This document shows, one piece after another, positions 1 to 9,849 of a stretch of DNA of 64,000 bases. Made by a program: the position numbers and the translations under genes. The notes under the pieces are model-generated. The model worked only from the letters and a program-made list of their open reading frames with translations, did not search any database and was not told the DNA's origin. Within the stretch, counting starts at the first letter, position 1; each line of letters begins with the position of its first letter. Source of the DNA: an uncultured Verrucomicrobiae bacterium (GTDB taxonomy: Bacteria > Verrucomicrobiota > Verrucomicrobiia > Chthoniobacterales > UBA10450); assembly GCA_963756875.1 (NCBI GenBank), contig CAVWPA010000001.1, forward strand, positions 32,001 to 96,000. The letters run 5' to 3'.

Positions 1-91
1 CACAAAATTCCGCCGGGAAAACAACTTCTGGAAAAGACCATGCGCAAAATCGCGCGTCATCCGGCGGTGCGCGGTCTTCGCAAAAAACGAT

Positions 92-144
92 GAGGCGTTC
101 TGTGAAGCCCGAAAGCTTTCGGGGCTGACAGAGACGCGCTACAA
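92..144. repeat. GTAG-type REP-like element with central 18-bp mini-hairpin
   Basis: gaggcgttctgtgaa-gcccgaaagctttcgggg-ctgacagagacgcgctacaa; resembles the reverse complement of 52404-52458. Confidence 0.7.
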
Positions 145-150
145 TGGTCG

Positions 151-939
151 ATGCCTTCGCGCTTACGCGTAACGGTTTGGAACGAAAACGTTCACGAGCG
201 AAAGAATCCCGTTATCGGAAAAATTTATCCCGACGGGATGCACGGTTGTATCGCCAAAGCGCTTAAGGATGAGTCTTCAGCAATCGAGGTCCGCACCGCA
301 ACCCTGGACGAAGCGGAGCATGGCTTAACCGAAAAGGTTCTGGAAGAGACGGACGTCCTGACCTGGTGGGGCCACGTTGCGCACGGCCAGGTAGAAGACG
401 CGGTTGTCGATCGCGTCCTGAAGCGAATCTGGGAGGGAATGGGCTTCGTCGCGCTGCACTCGGCGCATTACTCGAAAATTTTCAAGCGTCTCATGGGCAC
501 GAGTTGCTCGCTCACCTGGCGCGAGGCAGGCGAAAGAGAACGCGTCTGGGTTTGCAATCCAGCGCACCCGATCGCGCGCGGGATCGATCGTTACTTCGAG
601 ATCGAAAACACGGAAATGTATGGCGAGCCGTTTGCCGTTCCGGCACCGGACGAAATCGTCTTCATCTCGTGGTTTGAAGGTGGCGACGTTTTCCGGTCCG
701 GATGCACGTGGAAACGCGGTAACGGCAAGATTTTTTATTTTTCTCCCGGCCACGAAATGTATCCGATCTATTTCAATCCCAGCGTGCAGCTCGTCTTGCG
801 AAATGCCGTGCGCTGGGCCGCACCGGATTCCGAAAAGTGGATCGACAGTTGTCCGCAAATCCCCGCCGACAAAGCCGCCGAGCCGCTCACGGTCAAGGGT
901 CAGCGCATGCACAAGGAAGGTGAGGAAGGATTTCGGTGA
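151..939 (+). CDS. ThuA (trehalose utilisation) domain protein
   Basis: VTVWNEN.HE start, [21 protein letters not shown] and FSPGHEMYP motifs typical of the ThuA family. Confidence 0.85.
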   Translation: MPSRLRVTVWNENVHERKNPVIGKIYPDGMHGCIAKALKDESSAIEVRTATLDEAEHGLTEKVLEETDVLTWWGHVAHGQVEDAVVDRVLKRIWEGMGFVALHSAHYSKIFKRLMGTSCSLTWREAGERERVWVCNPAHPIARGIDRYFEIENTEMYGEPFAVPAPDEIVFISWFEGGDVFRSGCTWKRGNGKIFYFSPGHEMYPIYFNPSVQLVLRNAVRWAAPDSEKWIDSCPQIPADKAAEPLTVKGQRMHKEGEEGFR

Positions 940-947
940 AGTAAGAG

Positions 948-1071
948 AACGTCGAACGGTGCGAGCCGCACTGGCATTTAACGACCAACGCCGAATGCCG
1001 AATTCAGATGGCGCGCGGTGTAAGTCTGCTTAATTGGGCGTTGGACGTTCCGCGTTGGACGTTGGACGTTT
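948..1071. repeat. 7-nt periodic inverted repeat (AACGYCR / TTGGACG units)
   Basis: Left aacgtcg-aacggtg..aacgacc-aacgccg-aatgccg; right ttgggcg-ttggacg-ttccgcg-ttggacg-ttggacg. Confidence 0.75.
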
Positions 1072-1075
1072 GCTG

Positions 1076-2884
1076 ATGTCTTCAACTGTTCCAACGCGCG
1101 CTGAAGTTCCCGAATCGGACAAGTGGGATCTCACTCGTCTTTTTGCCAATGTGAGCAAATGGCAGGAGGACTTTTTGTGGGTCCAGCAGACGTATCCGAA
1201 AATCAAGGAGTGGAAGGGGAAGCTCGGCTCATCGGCGAAGGATCTTGCCGATTGTCTGGAATTCGAGAAGACCCTCGATTTGAAACTGGAGCGACTTTAT
1301 CACTTCGCCTCACTGCAACTGGCTGAGGACGGCGCAAACAACGAGTACTTGGCGCGGGCTGGAGAAATGCAAAATTTGCTGACGAAAATCGGTGAGGAAT
1401 TCGCCTTCGTCGTTCCAGCGATCCAGGCGATCGACGACGAGAAATTCGCCGGATTCATGGCCGACCCGACGCTCGCGGACTGGCGGATCCGGTTGCACAA
1501 GATTCGCCGGATGAAGCCGCATGTGCTTTCCGAACCGGAAGAACGAATCCTGGCGCTGGGCAGCGCGGCGCTCAGTGGTTACGACGATACGTTTTCACAG
1601 CTGACGGATGTGGACATGAAATTCGGTGTATTGACCGACGAATCGGGCCGCGAAAAACCGCTTACGCAAAGTTCGTTCAGTTCGTTCCTGGTTAAACGCG
1701 ATTCCGCGCTGCGCAAACGCGCGTTCCATCAATTTTATGCCGAGTTTCAGGACCACCAATACACACTGGCCGCATCGCTTGCTTACTCGGTGAAGGCCGA
1801 TGTTTTTCGTTCGCGCGCCAGAAACTATACCTCGGCGCTCGAGGCCGCGTTGTTTCCCGACAACGTGCCGGTCGCGGTTTATGACGGTCTGGTCGATTCT
1901 GTCCGCGCGAATTTGAAGCCGCTGTTTCGCTATTTCGAGCTGCGCCGGCGCGTCATGGGGCTGAAAGAGCTCCACCATTACGACACGTATGTTCCGCTGG
2001 TTGCCGAAATCGAAACGCGAATCTCGTTCGACGAGGCGGCGGAGAAAGTTGTTTCGGCGTTGCAGCCGCTCGGAAAAGAATATGTCGACGCTTTGGCGGA
2101 AGGTTTGCGCGGCCGCTGGTGCGATCGTTACGAAACGAAAGGCAAACGCAGCGGAGCGTTTTCCAGCGGCAGTTACGGCGCGCCGCCTTTTATCCTGATG
2201 AATTACAAGGAGGACGTTTTCTCCGACGTTTACACGCTGGCGCACGAAGCCGGTCACTCCATGCACACCTGGTTTGCGCAAAAGTCGCAAAAGTTTCAGG
2301 ACTACGATTACCCGATCTTTCTGGCCGAGGTGGCCTCGACCTTTAACGAAGAATTGCTCACGCATTTTCTTCTGGAGCAGACAAGCGACCCGAAAATGCG
2401 CGCCTATATTATTAACCGTCAGATCGACGACATTCGAGGCACTCTTTTTCGACAGACGATGTTTGCCGAGTTCGAAAGGGTTGTACATGCAATCGAGGAG
2501 AGCGACGCCGCGCTCACACTCCAGGTTTTCAAATCGGAGTATCACAAGCTGTTGACTGCGTATTTTGCCGAAAATTTCGTGCTCGATCCGCAGCTCGATC
2601 TGGAGTGCCTGCGCATCCCGCATTTTTACGGCGCGTTTTATGTTTATAAATATGCGACCGGAATTTCCGCCGCGGTCGCGCTGTCGGAACAGGTCCTTTC
2701 GGGCAAGCCCGGCAGCGTGGATGCCTATCTGAATTTTCTTTGCTCGGGCGGCTCGAGGTTTCCGCTGGAAACGTTGAAAGCGGCGGGCGTGGACATGACG
2801 ACTCCGGCGCCGATCGAAAGCACGCTACGCTTGTTCGAGAAGCGGCTGGGAGAGTTGGAAGGGCTGCTGCTCGCCGGGAAATAA
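1076..2884 (+). CDS. pepF: Oligoendopeptidase F (peptidase M3B)
   Basis: KWDL N-terminus, GKRSGAFSSG, TLAHEAGHSMH zinc motif, AEVAST, IPHFY..FYVYKYATG; start moved to ATG 1076 because the upstream part of the track ORF is a repeat. Confidence 0.92.
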   Translation: MSSTVPTRAEVPESDKWDLTRLFANVSKWQEDFLWVQQTYPKIKEWKGKLGSSAKDLADCLEFEKTLDLKLERLYHFASLQLAEDGANNEYLARAGEMQNLLTKIGEEFAFVVPAIQAIDDEKFAGFMADPTLADWRIRLHKIRRMKPHVLSEPEERILALGSAALSGYDDTFSQLTDVDMKFGVLTDESGREKPLTQSSFSSFLVKRDSALRKRAFHQFYAEFQDHQYTLAASLAYSVKADVFRSRARNYTSALEAALFPDNVPVAVYDGLVDSVRANLKPLFRYFELRRRVMGLKELHHYDTYVPLVAEIETRISFDEAAEKVVSALQPLGKEYVDALAEGLRGRWCDRYETKGKRSGAFSSGSYGAPPFILMNYKEDVFSDVYTLAHEAGHSMHTWFAQKSQKFQDYDYPIFLAEVASTFNEELLTHFLLEQTSDPKMRAYIINRQIDDIRGTLFRQTMFAEFERVVHAIEESDAALTLQVFKSEYHKLLTAYFAENFVLDPQLDLECLRIPHFYGAFYVYKYATGISAAVALSEQVLSGKPGSVDAYLNFLCSGGSRFPLETLKAAGVDMTTPAPIESTLRLFEKRLGELEGLLLAGK

Positions 2885-2944
2885 TTGTAGGGCAGGCGCT
2901 TCGCCTGCCGGTACATCGCGGCAACCGGAGCGGTTGCCCTACAA
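2885..2944. repeat. GTAG-type REP doublet
   Basis: TTGTAGGGCAGGCG-ctt-CGCCTGCC ... GGCAACCG-gag-CGGTTGCC-CTACAA. Confidence 0.85.
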
Positions 2945-3033
2945 CGGGAAATTGGCTTTCGAGGCCCTCAGGATCGCGCCGCCCGGAAAGGCGGCGACTG
3001 CAGGTTGGCAAGCTCTGTGCTTGAGCAGTATTC

Positions 3034-3501
3034 GTGGATTTCCAATGGCAGTTACGCGCCGCGTGCGGTTATGCCGAACTGGGCATGACACGGGAATCGA
3101 TTGCCGAGTTGAACGCCATTGATTGTGGATATCAAAGCCGTCCGGAGGTGTTGCAACTGCGTCTGCACAACCTGATGCGGCGGAAAAGTTGGTGTCGCGC
3201 GCTGGTGATCAGTAAAAGACTTTGTCGGGTCGCCCCCCATTGCGGTGCCGGCTTCCTGCACGCCGGCTTCTGTTTGCACGCACTCGGTAAAACGGCCGAG
3301 GCAAGAGCGCTTCTGCTCAAGGGACCTGTGGCGCTGCGAAACGAGCCAATCTATTATTACAACATGGGCTGCTACGAAGCCCTTCTCGGCAACCCGAAGT
3401 CCGCGAAACGGCATTTGCTGACCAGTTTCAAGATGGACGCTTCCTTCCGCGAGATCGCGAGACGCGACCCCGATTTGGAATCTGTTCAGGAACTGATTTG
3501 A
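3034..3501 (+). CDS. Small TPR-repeat protein
   Basis: TPR-like helices, YYNMGCYEALLG and C-terminal ARRDPDL. Confidence 0.7.
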   Translation: MDFQWQLRAACGYAELGMTRESIAELNAIDCGYQSRPEVLQLRLHNLMRRKSWCRALVISKRLCRVAPHCGAGFLHAGFCLHALGKTAEARALLLKGPVALRNEPIYYYNMGCYEALLGNPKSAKRHLLTSFKMDASFREIARRDPDLESVQELI

Positions 3502-3554
3502 GGTAGGGAGATCGCGCTGCGATGTCCTGGACGCCGCAGCGCAGCGTCCCTACC
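3502..3554. repeat. GTAG-type REP doublet
   Basis: GGTAGGGA...TCCCTACC termini with internal hairpins. Confidence 0.8.
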
Positions 3555-3562
3555 ATTACTCG

Positions 3563-4723
3563 ATGGAGCTGGACGCGGCCGCACTTCGCCAACGATTGGA
3601 GCCGTTGTTCCGGGAAAATTTCGAGAAGCTGGGCGATCTCGGCGCTGCGGTATCGGTTTGGCAAAACGGGGAACCGCTGCTCGATCTCTACGGCGGGTTT
3701 CGGGATGCGCGCCGGGAACATCCATGGAAGGACGACACGCTCGTTCTGATCTGGTCGGCGACCAAAGGACTTGGCAGCGCCTGTGTTTTGCACTTGTTAC
3801 AGGAGGGCGGCATCGAGCTCGACCGGCGAGTGGCGGAGTTTTGGCCGGAGTTTGGTCAGGCCGGCAAGGACGCGATTACGATTACGCAGTTGCTCTCTCA
3901 TCAGGCGGGGCTGGCTGCGCTGGACCGCCAGGTGGATGTGCTTAATTACGGTGCGGTGATTGAGGCGCTTGAAAAACAGGAGCCGAATTGGCCGCCGGGG
4001 ACCGCACATGGATATCATGCGCGGACTTTCGGATTCCTGCTCGATGAGCTGGTCCGGCGTATCGCGCAGGAGTCGTTAGGCGAATATTGGCGCCGGGTTT
4101 TTGCCGGACCGCTTCAGCTCGATCTTTGGATCGGGTTGCCTGAAAAGGAAAATTCGCGCGTGGCAACGATCTACGCAGCGAGGGGCGGCAAGGCGCCGGA
4201 GCCCAAACACCGCCAGTCCGGCTCGGACTTTTATTCGGATCTGGCTACGGGCGGCTCGTTTGTGCGCAAGGTTTTTACGTCACCCGGCGGATTGCGCGCC
4301 GTCAGCGCGATGAACAAGCCGGAGATTCGTGCGCAACCGCTCGTCTCGTTCGGCGGAATCGGCGGCGCGAACGCTCTTGCGAAATTTTATGCCATGCTGG
4401 CAAACTGCGGCGAACTCGACGGCCGGAGGTTTTTTTCCGAAAAGACCGTTGGTTGGATGAAGACGGTCCTGGCAGACGGCTTGGACCGTGTTTTTGGAAT
4501 ACCGACCGCGTTCTCAGCCGGCTTCATGAAAGATTCCAGGGACGCGCCGCGCCGAATTTTCGGAAGATCGATGTCTTCGTTTGGTCACCCCGGCGCGGGG
4601 GGCAGTCATGCCTTTGCCGATCCCGAGAACGGGATCAGTTTCGCGTACGTGATGAATCAGATGGAGCAATCGGTCTTGCCGAACGAGAAATCGTTGCGGC
4701 TGGTGGACGCGATTTACCGGTAG
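3563..4723 (+). CDS. Serine hydrolase, beta-lactamase/EstA family
   Basis: WSATK (SxxK), LLSHQAG, HGYHARTFG, FGHPGAGGS motifs. Confidence 0.9.
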   Translation: MELDAAALRQRLEPLFRENFEKLGDLGAAVSVWQNGEPLLDLYGGFRDARREHPWKDDTLVLIWSATKGLGSACVLHLLQEGGIELDRRVAEFWPEFGQAGKDAITITQLLSHQAGLAALDRQVDVLNYGAVIEALEKQEPNWPPGTAHGYHARTFGFLLDELVRRIAQESLGEYWRRVFAGPLQLDLWIGLPEKENSRVATIYAARGGKAPEPKHRQSGSDFYSDLATGGSFVRKVFTSPGGLRAVSAMNKPEIRAQPLVSFGGIGGANALAKFYAMLANCGELDGRRFFSEKTVGWMKTVLADGLDRVFGIPTAFSAGFMKDSRDAPRRIFGRSMSSFGHPGAGGSHAFADPENGISFAYVMNQMEQSVLPNEKSLRLVDAIYR

Positions 4724-4781
4724 CTGTAGTGGCGGGCGTGTCGCCCGCGGGCCCGCGCTTCGCAGAGCAAAGCGGCTACAG
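4724..4781. repeat. GTAG-type REP doublet between convergent genes
   Basis: CTGTAGTGGCGGGCG-tgt-CGCCCGC ... CCGC..GCGGCTACAG; left arm nearly identical to the mutS insert. Confidence 0.85.
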
Positions 4782-5195
4782 GCCGATAAGAGTGACCGAG
4801 ATTTTTCGCCGATGCGGGGCGCGTCGATGCTCAAAAAGGAAAATTCCCTGCCAGGTTCCGAGCTGCATTTTTCCATCTACGATCGGGATGGTTTCGCTGG
4901 TATGCGTCAGCGCCATGCGAATGTGCGACGTGCTGTCGTCTCCGCCTTCGATCGTGTGGACAAAGTAGTCCGAGTCTTCGGGTACAAGGCGCTCGAAAAA
5001 TTCTTCAAGGTCCTTTCGCGCTGTGGGGTCGGCGTTTTCCATGATCACCAGGCTGCAACTGGTGTGTTGCACGAAAACGGTAGCCAGGCCGTTGCGTAAT
5101 TTGCTTTGGTCGATCTTTTCCCGCACCTGGTCGGTGATTTCGTAGGTGCCTTTGCCGTTCGTTCGAACTTCGAATTCTTCGTGCTGCACGCGCAT
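4776..5195 (-). CDS. yjbQ: YjbQ/UPF0047 family protein
   Basis: HTSCSL, ENADP, H..EG.DD..SHI, LGTWQGIFLFEHR. Confidence 0.88.
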   Translation of the reverse strand: MRVQHEEFEVRTNGKGTYEITDQVREKIDQSKLRNGLATVFVQHTSCSLVIMENADPTARKDLEEFFERLVPEDSDYFVHTIEGGDDSTSHIRMALTHTSETIPIVDGKMQLGTWQGIFLFEHRRAPHRRKISVTLIGL

Positions 5196-5279
5196 AGATC
5201 CCGGCACGAAATTAACATCGACAATCGAACTAGTCGCGCATTGATCTTTCGCTCATGCGATGGCCTAATTGAGTTATCG

Positions 5280-5825
5280 ATGCAAGAGGACCTCGAGCGC
5301 GTGTTGTTTGACGAGGGAACAATTCTGAACCGGCTCGACGAAATGGCCGCGCAAATCTCGAAAGATTATCGCGGCCGGGAGTTGACCGTGATCGCAGTCT
5401 TGAACGGCAGTCTGATGTTCATGGCCGATTTGCTGCGGCGAATTCCGCTGCCGTTGAAGCTGGATTGTCTGGGCGTGGCAAGTTATCACGGCAAAGCGGA
5501 AACCAGTGGCGAGGTGATCTTCAGACAAATCGCGCTGCCGGATCTGATGGACCGGCACATTCTTATTCTCGACGACATTCTTGATAGCGGTCATACGCTC
5601 GCCGCCATTCGCGAGAGATTGGAGACGGCCAAGCCGCGCAGCGTTCGCTGTTGCGTGTTGCTTAGCAAAAAGAAGACACGCGCGCGGCAGGTCGATGTCG
5701 ATTATGTTGGCTTTGAAATTGCCGATGAATTTGTGGTCGGCTACGGACTCGATTTTATGGAGCGCTACCGCAATCTTCCCTGCATCGGCGTGCTCCGGAA
5801 AGAATTGATCGCGCAACCAAATTGA
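5280..5825 (+). CDS. hpt: Hypoxanthine phosphoribosyltransferase
   Basis: VLNGSLMFMADL, LILDDILDSGHTL PRPP-binding motif, FVVGYGLD. Confidence 0.93.
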   Translation: MQEDLERVLFDEGTILNRLDEMAAQISKDYRGRELTVIAVLNGSLMFMADLLRRIPLPLKLDCLGVASYHGKAETSGEVIFRQIALPDLMDRHILILDDILDSGHTLAAIRERLETAKPRSVRCCVLLSKKKTRARQVDVDYVGFEIADEFVVGYGLDFMERYRNLPCIGVLRKELIAQPN

Positions 5826-5831
5826 TTGGCC

Positions 5832-6077
5832 GTGAAGGTGCACGTGCAATTTTATTCGCACCTGCGCGATCTGGCCGGCCCGCCGCAACTCGATCTCGAT
5901 CTGCCGGAACAGGCCACTATGGCCGATCTGTTGGAAAAGCTTTTTTCGCAAATTCCAGCGCTGCGCCGATATGAAAAAAGCATTCTGATCGGCGTCGGTG
6001 TCGATTTTGTCGATCGCAATTACAACCTGAAACCGGGCGACGAAATCTCGCTCATGCCGCCCGTGCAAGGCGGATGA
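5832..6077 (+). CDS. MoaD/ThiS family sulfur-carrier protein
   Basis: About 80 aa, ends LKPGDEISLMPPVQGG (C-terminal di-glycine). Confidence 0.85.
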   Translation: MKVHVQFYSHLRDLAGPPQLDLDLPEQATMADLLEKLFSQIPALRRYEKSILIGVGVDFVDRNYNLKPGDEISLMPPVQGG

Positions 6078-6078
6078 G

Positions 6079-6204
6079 AAGCTCCAAGCACCAACATCCA
6101 ACCTCCATGGAAACTCCAATCATCAAATCTGGAGATGTTTGCCACCGACTTAGTGGTTAAAATTTTGAGCTTCTCTGGTGCTTGGAGATTGGTGCTTGGA
6201 GCTT
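6079..6204. repeat. 7-nt periodic inverted repeat (AAGCTCC / TGGAGCT units)
   Basis: aagctcc-aagcacc-aacatcc-aacctcc ... tggtgct-tggagat-tggtgct-tggagct; same family as 21792-21921. Confidence 0.85.
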
Positions 6205-6210
6205 GAAACG

Positions 6211-6696
6211 TCAGTCTCTAAAATTCTTAAAATTTGTGGCAACGCCGAAATCGCGGCTGCGCACAAATTGAATCACCGCCTGTAGATCGTCCTTCTTTTT
6301 CCCGGTCACGCGAATCTGCCGGTCTTGCAGCTGGCTTTGCACCTTGAAACTTTGCGATTTGATGGCCTGGATGATTTCCTTCGCCTTGTTTCCCTCGAGC
6401 CCCTGTTGAATTTTCAATTCCTGCCGGGCATGTCCGGTCGATGAAATGTCAGGCTCGACCTGCTCGATGTTGCGGAGATCGACGCCGCGTTTGGACAATT
6501 TTCCGACAACGATCTCGCGCAGTCCTCGCAAGCGCGTCGCGTCCTCGGCGATCAGCGTGATTTTGTCCTTTTCCTCGACGATCTCAAGGTGAGCGCCTTT
6601 GAAATCGAAACGGGTAACGATCTCTTTGCGCGCCTGATTGAGCGCATTGTCGATTTCCTGCGTGTCCACTTCGGAAACGATGTCGAATGAAGGCAT
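6211..6696 (-). CDS. yajQ: YajQ family nucleotide/c-di-GMP-binding protein
   Basis: MPSFDIVSEVD start, RVTGKKKDDLQ, NFRD end. Confidence 0.93.
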   Translation of the reverse strand: MPSFDIVSEVDTQEIDNALNQARKEIVTRFDFKGAHLEIVEEKDKITLIAEDATRLRGLREIVVGKLSKRGVDLRNIEQVEPDISSTGHARQELKIQQGLEGNKAKEIIQAIKSQSFKVQSQLQDRQIRVTGKKKDDLQAVIQFVRSRDFGVATNFKNFRD

Positions 6697-6767
6697 TTGA
6701 GAATTGCGGATTGTAGGGCGCGGACTTCGGATTGATCAAACAGTTTCGCCTTGGAAGGCGTCTGGCT

Positions 6768-7553
6768 TCAGGGATTTGCTTCCACAACATCAATGTTGCC
6801 GTTTTGAGCGTGAATTTTCATTTCGGCAGTGGGAGCTTTCTCTGACATCATATCGATCTTTTGCGCCGCCGATTCGGTTCGCTCCTCCTGCTCGGCGAAA
6901 TCATTGGCGATTCGTCCAGCCGGACTTTTCGCGACAATGTGAAACGATGCGTCTCCGGGCATCGTTACCGAGGCATTTCCATTTTTGATCTTCGCCTCAA
7001 GGGAGAATTTTCGCTGTTCCCACCAATCGTAAATAACGGCAAGCGCTCCGGTGCCGACCTGGAGGTATGTATTCGCGAAACAATTCCGACCGAGAAACCG
7101 CCCGCTCCCAAGGGTGGCGTGGACGTCGCCGCCTTCCATGCCCGTAACCAGTATCTCGCCCTGATCCAATTCCAATCGCGATATCGTGGCGGTGGCGGGA
7201 ATGACTACGACGTAATCGACCGTGCCTGAGCGGTCGGAAAGACTCCACGTCCTGTTTGGCGGAAACGTGGTTGTGATAGAGGCCGAATCTGGGCGCGCAT
7301 CAACGTTGACCGCAATGCCGTTCATTCGCGACCGCGTGTATGCCTTTGTTGTCGCTTCCACGTAAAGCTCCGGCTGATCCGAACCGTAAACCCGGATTGA
7401 GCCATCCCGGTTTGTGATGCTGATGCGTGCGTCAGGATCGATGCGGTGCGTTTGCTCGACAGTCCGTTCCAGCGGTTCGCTCGATCCACCGCATCCACAA
7501 AGCAACGCGCATAACGGCAAAATGAGCCACTCCCGGCGCGCGCTTCCGGTCAT
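6768..7553 (-). CDS. Putative lipoprotein with DUF4097/adhesin-like beta repeats
   Basis: Lipobox-like LLCGC; repeated G-x-I beta motifs (RDGSIRV, KNGNASV, QNGNIDV). Confidence 0.6.
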   Translation of the reverse strand: MTGSARREWLILPLCALLCGCGGSSEPLERTVEQTHRIDPDARISITNRDGSIRVYGSDQPELYVEATTKAYTRSRMNGIAVNVDARPDSASITTTFPPNRTWSLSDRSGTVDYVVVIPATATISRLELDQGEILVTGMEGGDVHATLGSGRFLGRNCFANTYLQVGTGALAVIYDWWEQRKFSLEAKIKNGNASVTMPGDASFHIVAKSPAGRIANDFAEQEERTESAAQKIDMMSEKAPTAEMKIHAQNGNIDVVEANP

Positions 7554-7582
7554 GTAGCGGTTCCGATTAATTCAACCTTGCC

Positions 7583-7879
7583 TCAGAAATAACCGAGCAC
7601 GCGCATGAAGTCGAAAGCCGCAGCGGCGCCGATGCCGATGGCGAGTGCCGATGTGGCGATGATGGCGATGAAGACCGCCGCTTCACCGATGAAGGTGTAT
7701 CGCGCTTCGTTCTGAAAATAATCGCGACTGATGTTGCGAAAGGAAGGGGAAGGAGCGCCGGCGCAATGCCCGCCGTAAAAGTAGGAAGAGGCCTGAAAAT
7801 TGCAGTCGATGACCGGCACCCGCTGCCCGGGCCGGACGCCGTTACGCAGCGCCTGGCCTGGAAGAGAAGATGGCTTCAT
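7583..7879 (-). CDS. Small hypothetical membrane protein (paralog of 20333..20647)
   Basis: MKP start after an A-rich leader; shares DC.FQ and FRN.S..F..E.R motifs plus a hydrophobic C-terminus with the 20333 ORF. Confidence 0.7.
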   Translation of the reverse strand: MKPSSLPGQALRNGVRPGQRVPVIDCNFQASSYFYGGHCAGAPSPSFRNISRDYFQNEARYTFIGEAAVFIAIIATSALAIGIGAAAAFDFMRVLGYF

Positions 7880-7978
7880 ATGTTGTTTGTTTGTTTCCTT
7901 TGAGATGCGTTCAATCTCAGCCGTTGGATTCAATTTTTCAATTGGTCGCTTTGTCTCTGACAATATAGCGGGGAGAGC

Positions 7979-9515
7979 TCAAACCCACAGCGTGCGGTCA
8001 AATGTGCGGTATTGAATGGCTTCGCTGACGTGCTCCGGAGAAATGTCGTCGTTGCCGGCCAGATCGGCGATCGTGCGCGAGACTTTCAGAATGCGATCGT
8101 AAGCGCGCGCGCTGAGATTTAATTCGTTCATCGCGACGCGAATCAGATCGTGCGAGTCGGCGTTCAGTTTGCAATGCTGTTTGAGATGCTTTGTAGTCAT
8201 CCGCGCGTTGCAGTTTGTCTTCGCGTCTTTCTCAAACCTCTGCAGCTGACGGTCGCGTGCGAAAGCGACCCGCTTGCGAATGGAAGCCGAATCTTCCTCC
8301 ACGCGTTCGCTGGCCACGTCGCGATACTCGACTGCCGGCACTTCGATGTGCAGATCGATGCGGTCGAGCAGCGGCCCGGAAATCCGCTGACGATAACGCT
8401 GCACCTGCACCGGGCTGCAGCGGCATTCCCGTTTTAGATCGCCGAAATAACCGCACGGGCAAGGGTTCATGGCCGCCACCAGCATGAACTCGGACGGAAA
8501 CGTGAGGCTGCCAGCCGCGCGAGAGATTGTTACCCTTCCATCTTCCAACGGCTGGCGCATCACTTCGAGCGCCGACCTTTTGAACTCGGGCAGTTCGTCG
8601 AGAAAAAGCACGCCGTTGTGGGCGAGGCTCACTTCGCCGGGATTGGGAAACGTTCCGCCGCCGAGCAGGCCGATATCGCTGATCGTGTGATGCGGCGAGC
8701 GGAACGGTCGCGTCGAAACGAACGATTTTTCGCTGTCGAGCAGGCCGGCGATGCTGTGGATTTTCGTCGTCTCGATCGCTTCTTCCAGTGAGAGCGGCGG
8801 GATGATGGTGGCGATGCGTTTGGAAAGCATCGATTTGCCGGAACCGGGCGGACCGATCATGAGAATGTTGTGGCCTCCGGCGACCGCCACCTCGATCGCC
8901 CGCTTGACGTGCGCCTGGCCTTTTACATCGCTAAAATCGACATCGTAATCCTGATGCGTCGCGAAAAATTCCGTGAGATCGCCGCGCGTGGGCAGCAAGG
9001 GGACCTCGCCCCGGATAAACTGAAATGTTTCGCGCAGATTGTGCACGCCGTAGATGTCGATTTTTTCCACCATCGCGGCTTCGCGGGCGTTGGCCGCGGG
9101 AACGAACAAGGCACGTTTGCCGCGTTTCCGCGCTTCCGAGCGCAACCGGCAGGACGCCTTTGACCGGCCGCACCGCGCCATCGAGCGCCAGCTCACCGAC
9201 AAAGGAAAAATCTTCGAACGGTTTGCTATCGATCCCTTCTGTCACGGAAATCATTCCCAATGCAATCGGCAGGTCGAAACTGGGGCCTTCTTTCTTAATG
9301 TCCGCCGGGGCGAGATTCACGGTGGTCCGTCCGCGTGGCCAGTAGTAACCGCTGTTTGCAACTGCGGTGGTCACCCGGTCCCTGCTTTCTTTCACCGCCG
9401 CGTCCGGCAGCCCGACAACGACAATGGCTGGATCCCCGCCTGCGCCGTTTACTTCGATCTCGATCTCGTAGGCATCTACCCCGTAAACGGCAGCCGAATA
9501 AATTTTAGCGAGCAT
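7979..9515 (-). CDS. comM: YifB/ComM family Mg-chelatase-like AAA+ ATPase, split by a +1 frameshift near 9136
   Basis: [15 protein letters not shown] and [11 protein letters not shown] in ORF 8931..9515; [25 protein letters not shown] in ORF 7979..9202; removing one base joins them. Confidence 0.88.
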
Positions 9516-9849
9516 CGTCGGTATTAGGTTGTCAAAGATAAGAGAGGAGGAAAAGAGACAACGAGAAAATGTGGCAAATTTGGAGATTTGACGCGTTTTT
9601 TTGGCTTTAAAATCGAAGCCCTTGACAACTCCGGAGGCACGACACCGATGAGGTTGATCTTGAGGCGCTTAACTCACCAGATTAAAAAGATTGAACAGGA
9701 GGCGTTCGGGGCCTGTCATACAACGAAATATTTAACCTTGTTAACTAGTTAAAGAATGCTAAAAAGTGTGGTCGAAGAGGCGCTGGCAGACGGTCCTGCC
9801 GGCAATCAGTTGACCCAACCCCCAGTTTTATCTCATGAAGAAAGGCTAT

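Noticed and set aside
1034..1075. N-terminal extensions in the ORF track for pepF (also the aminotransferase, hpt and rplU)
   Set aside because: They are translations of upstream repeats or neighbouring DNA; downstream ATGs match family starts
6079..6204. Possible CRISPR array in the periodic repeats (also 21792 and 45126)
   Set aside because: Units are 7-8 nt with no unique spacers, and there are no cas genes
9130..9145. Programmed ribosomal frameshift in comM/yifB
   Set aside because: No slippery heptamer seen, and the same +1 pattern in two unrelated genes points to sequence error
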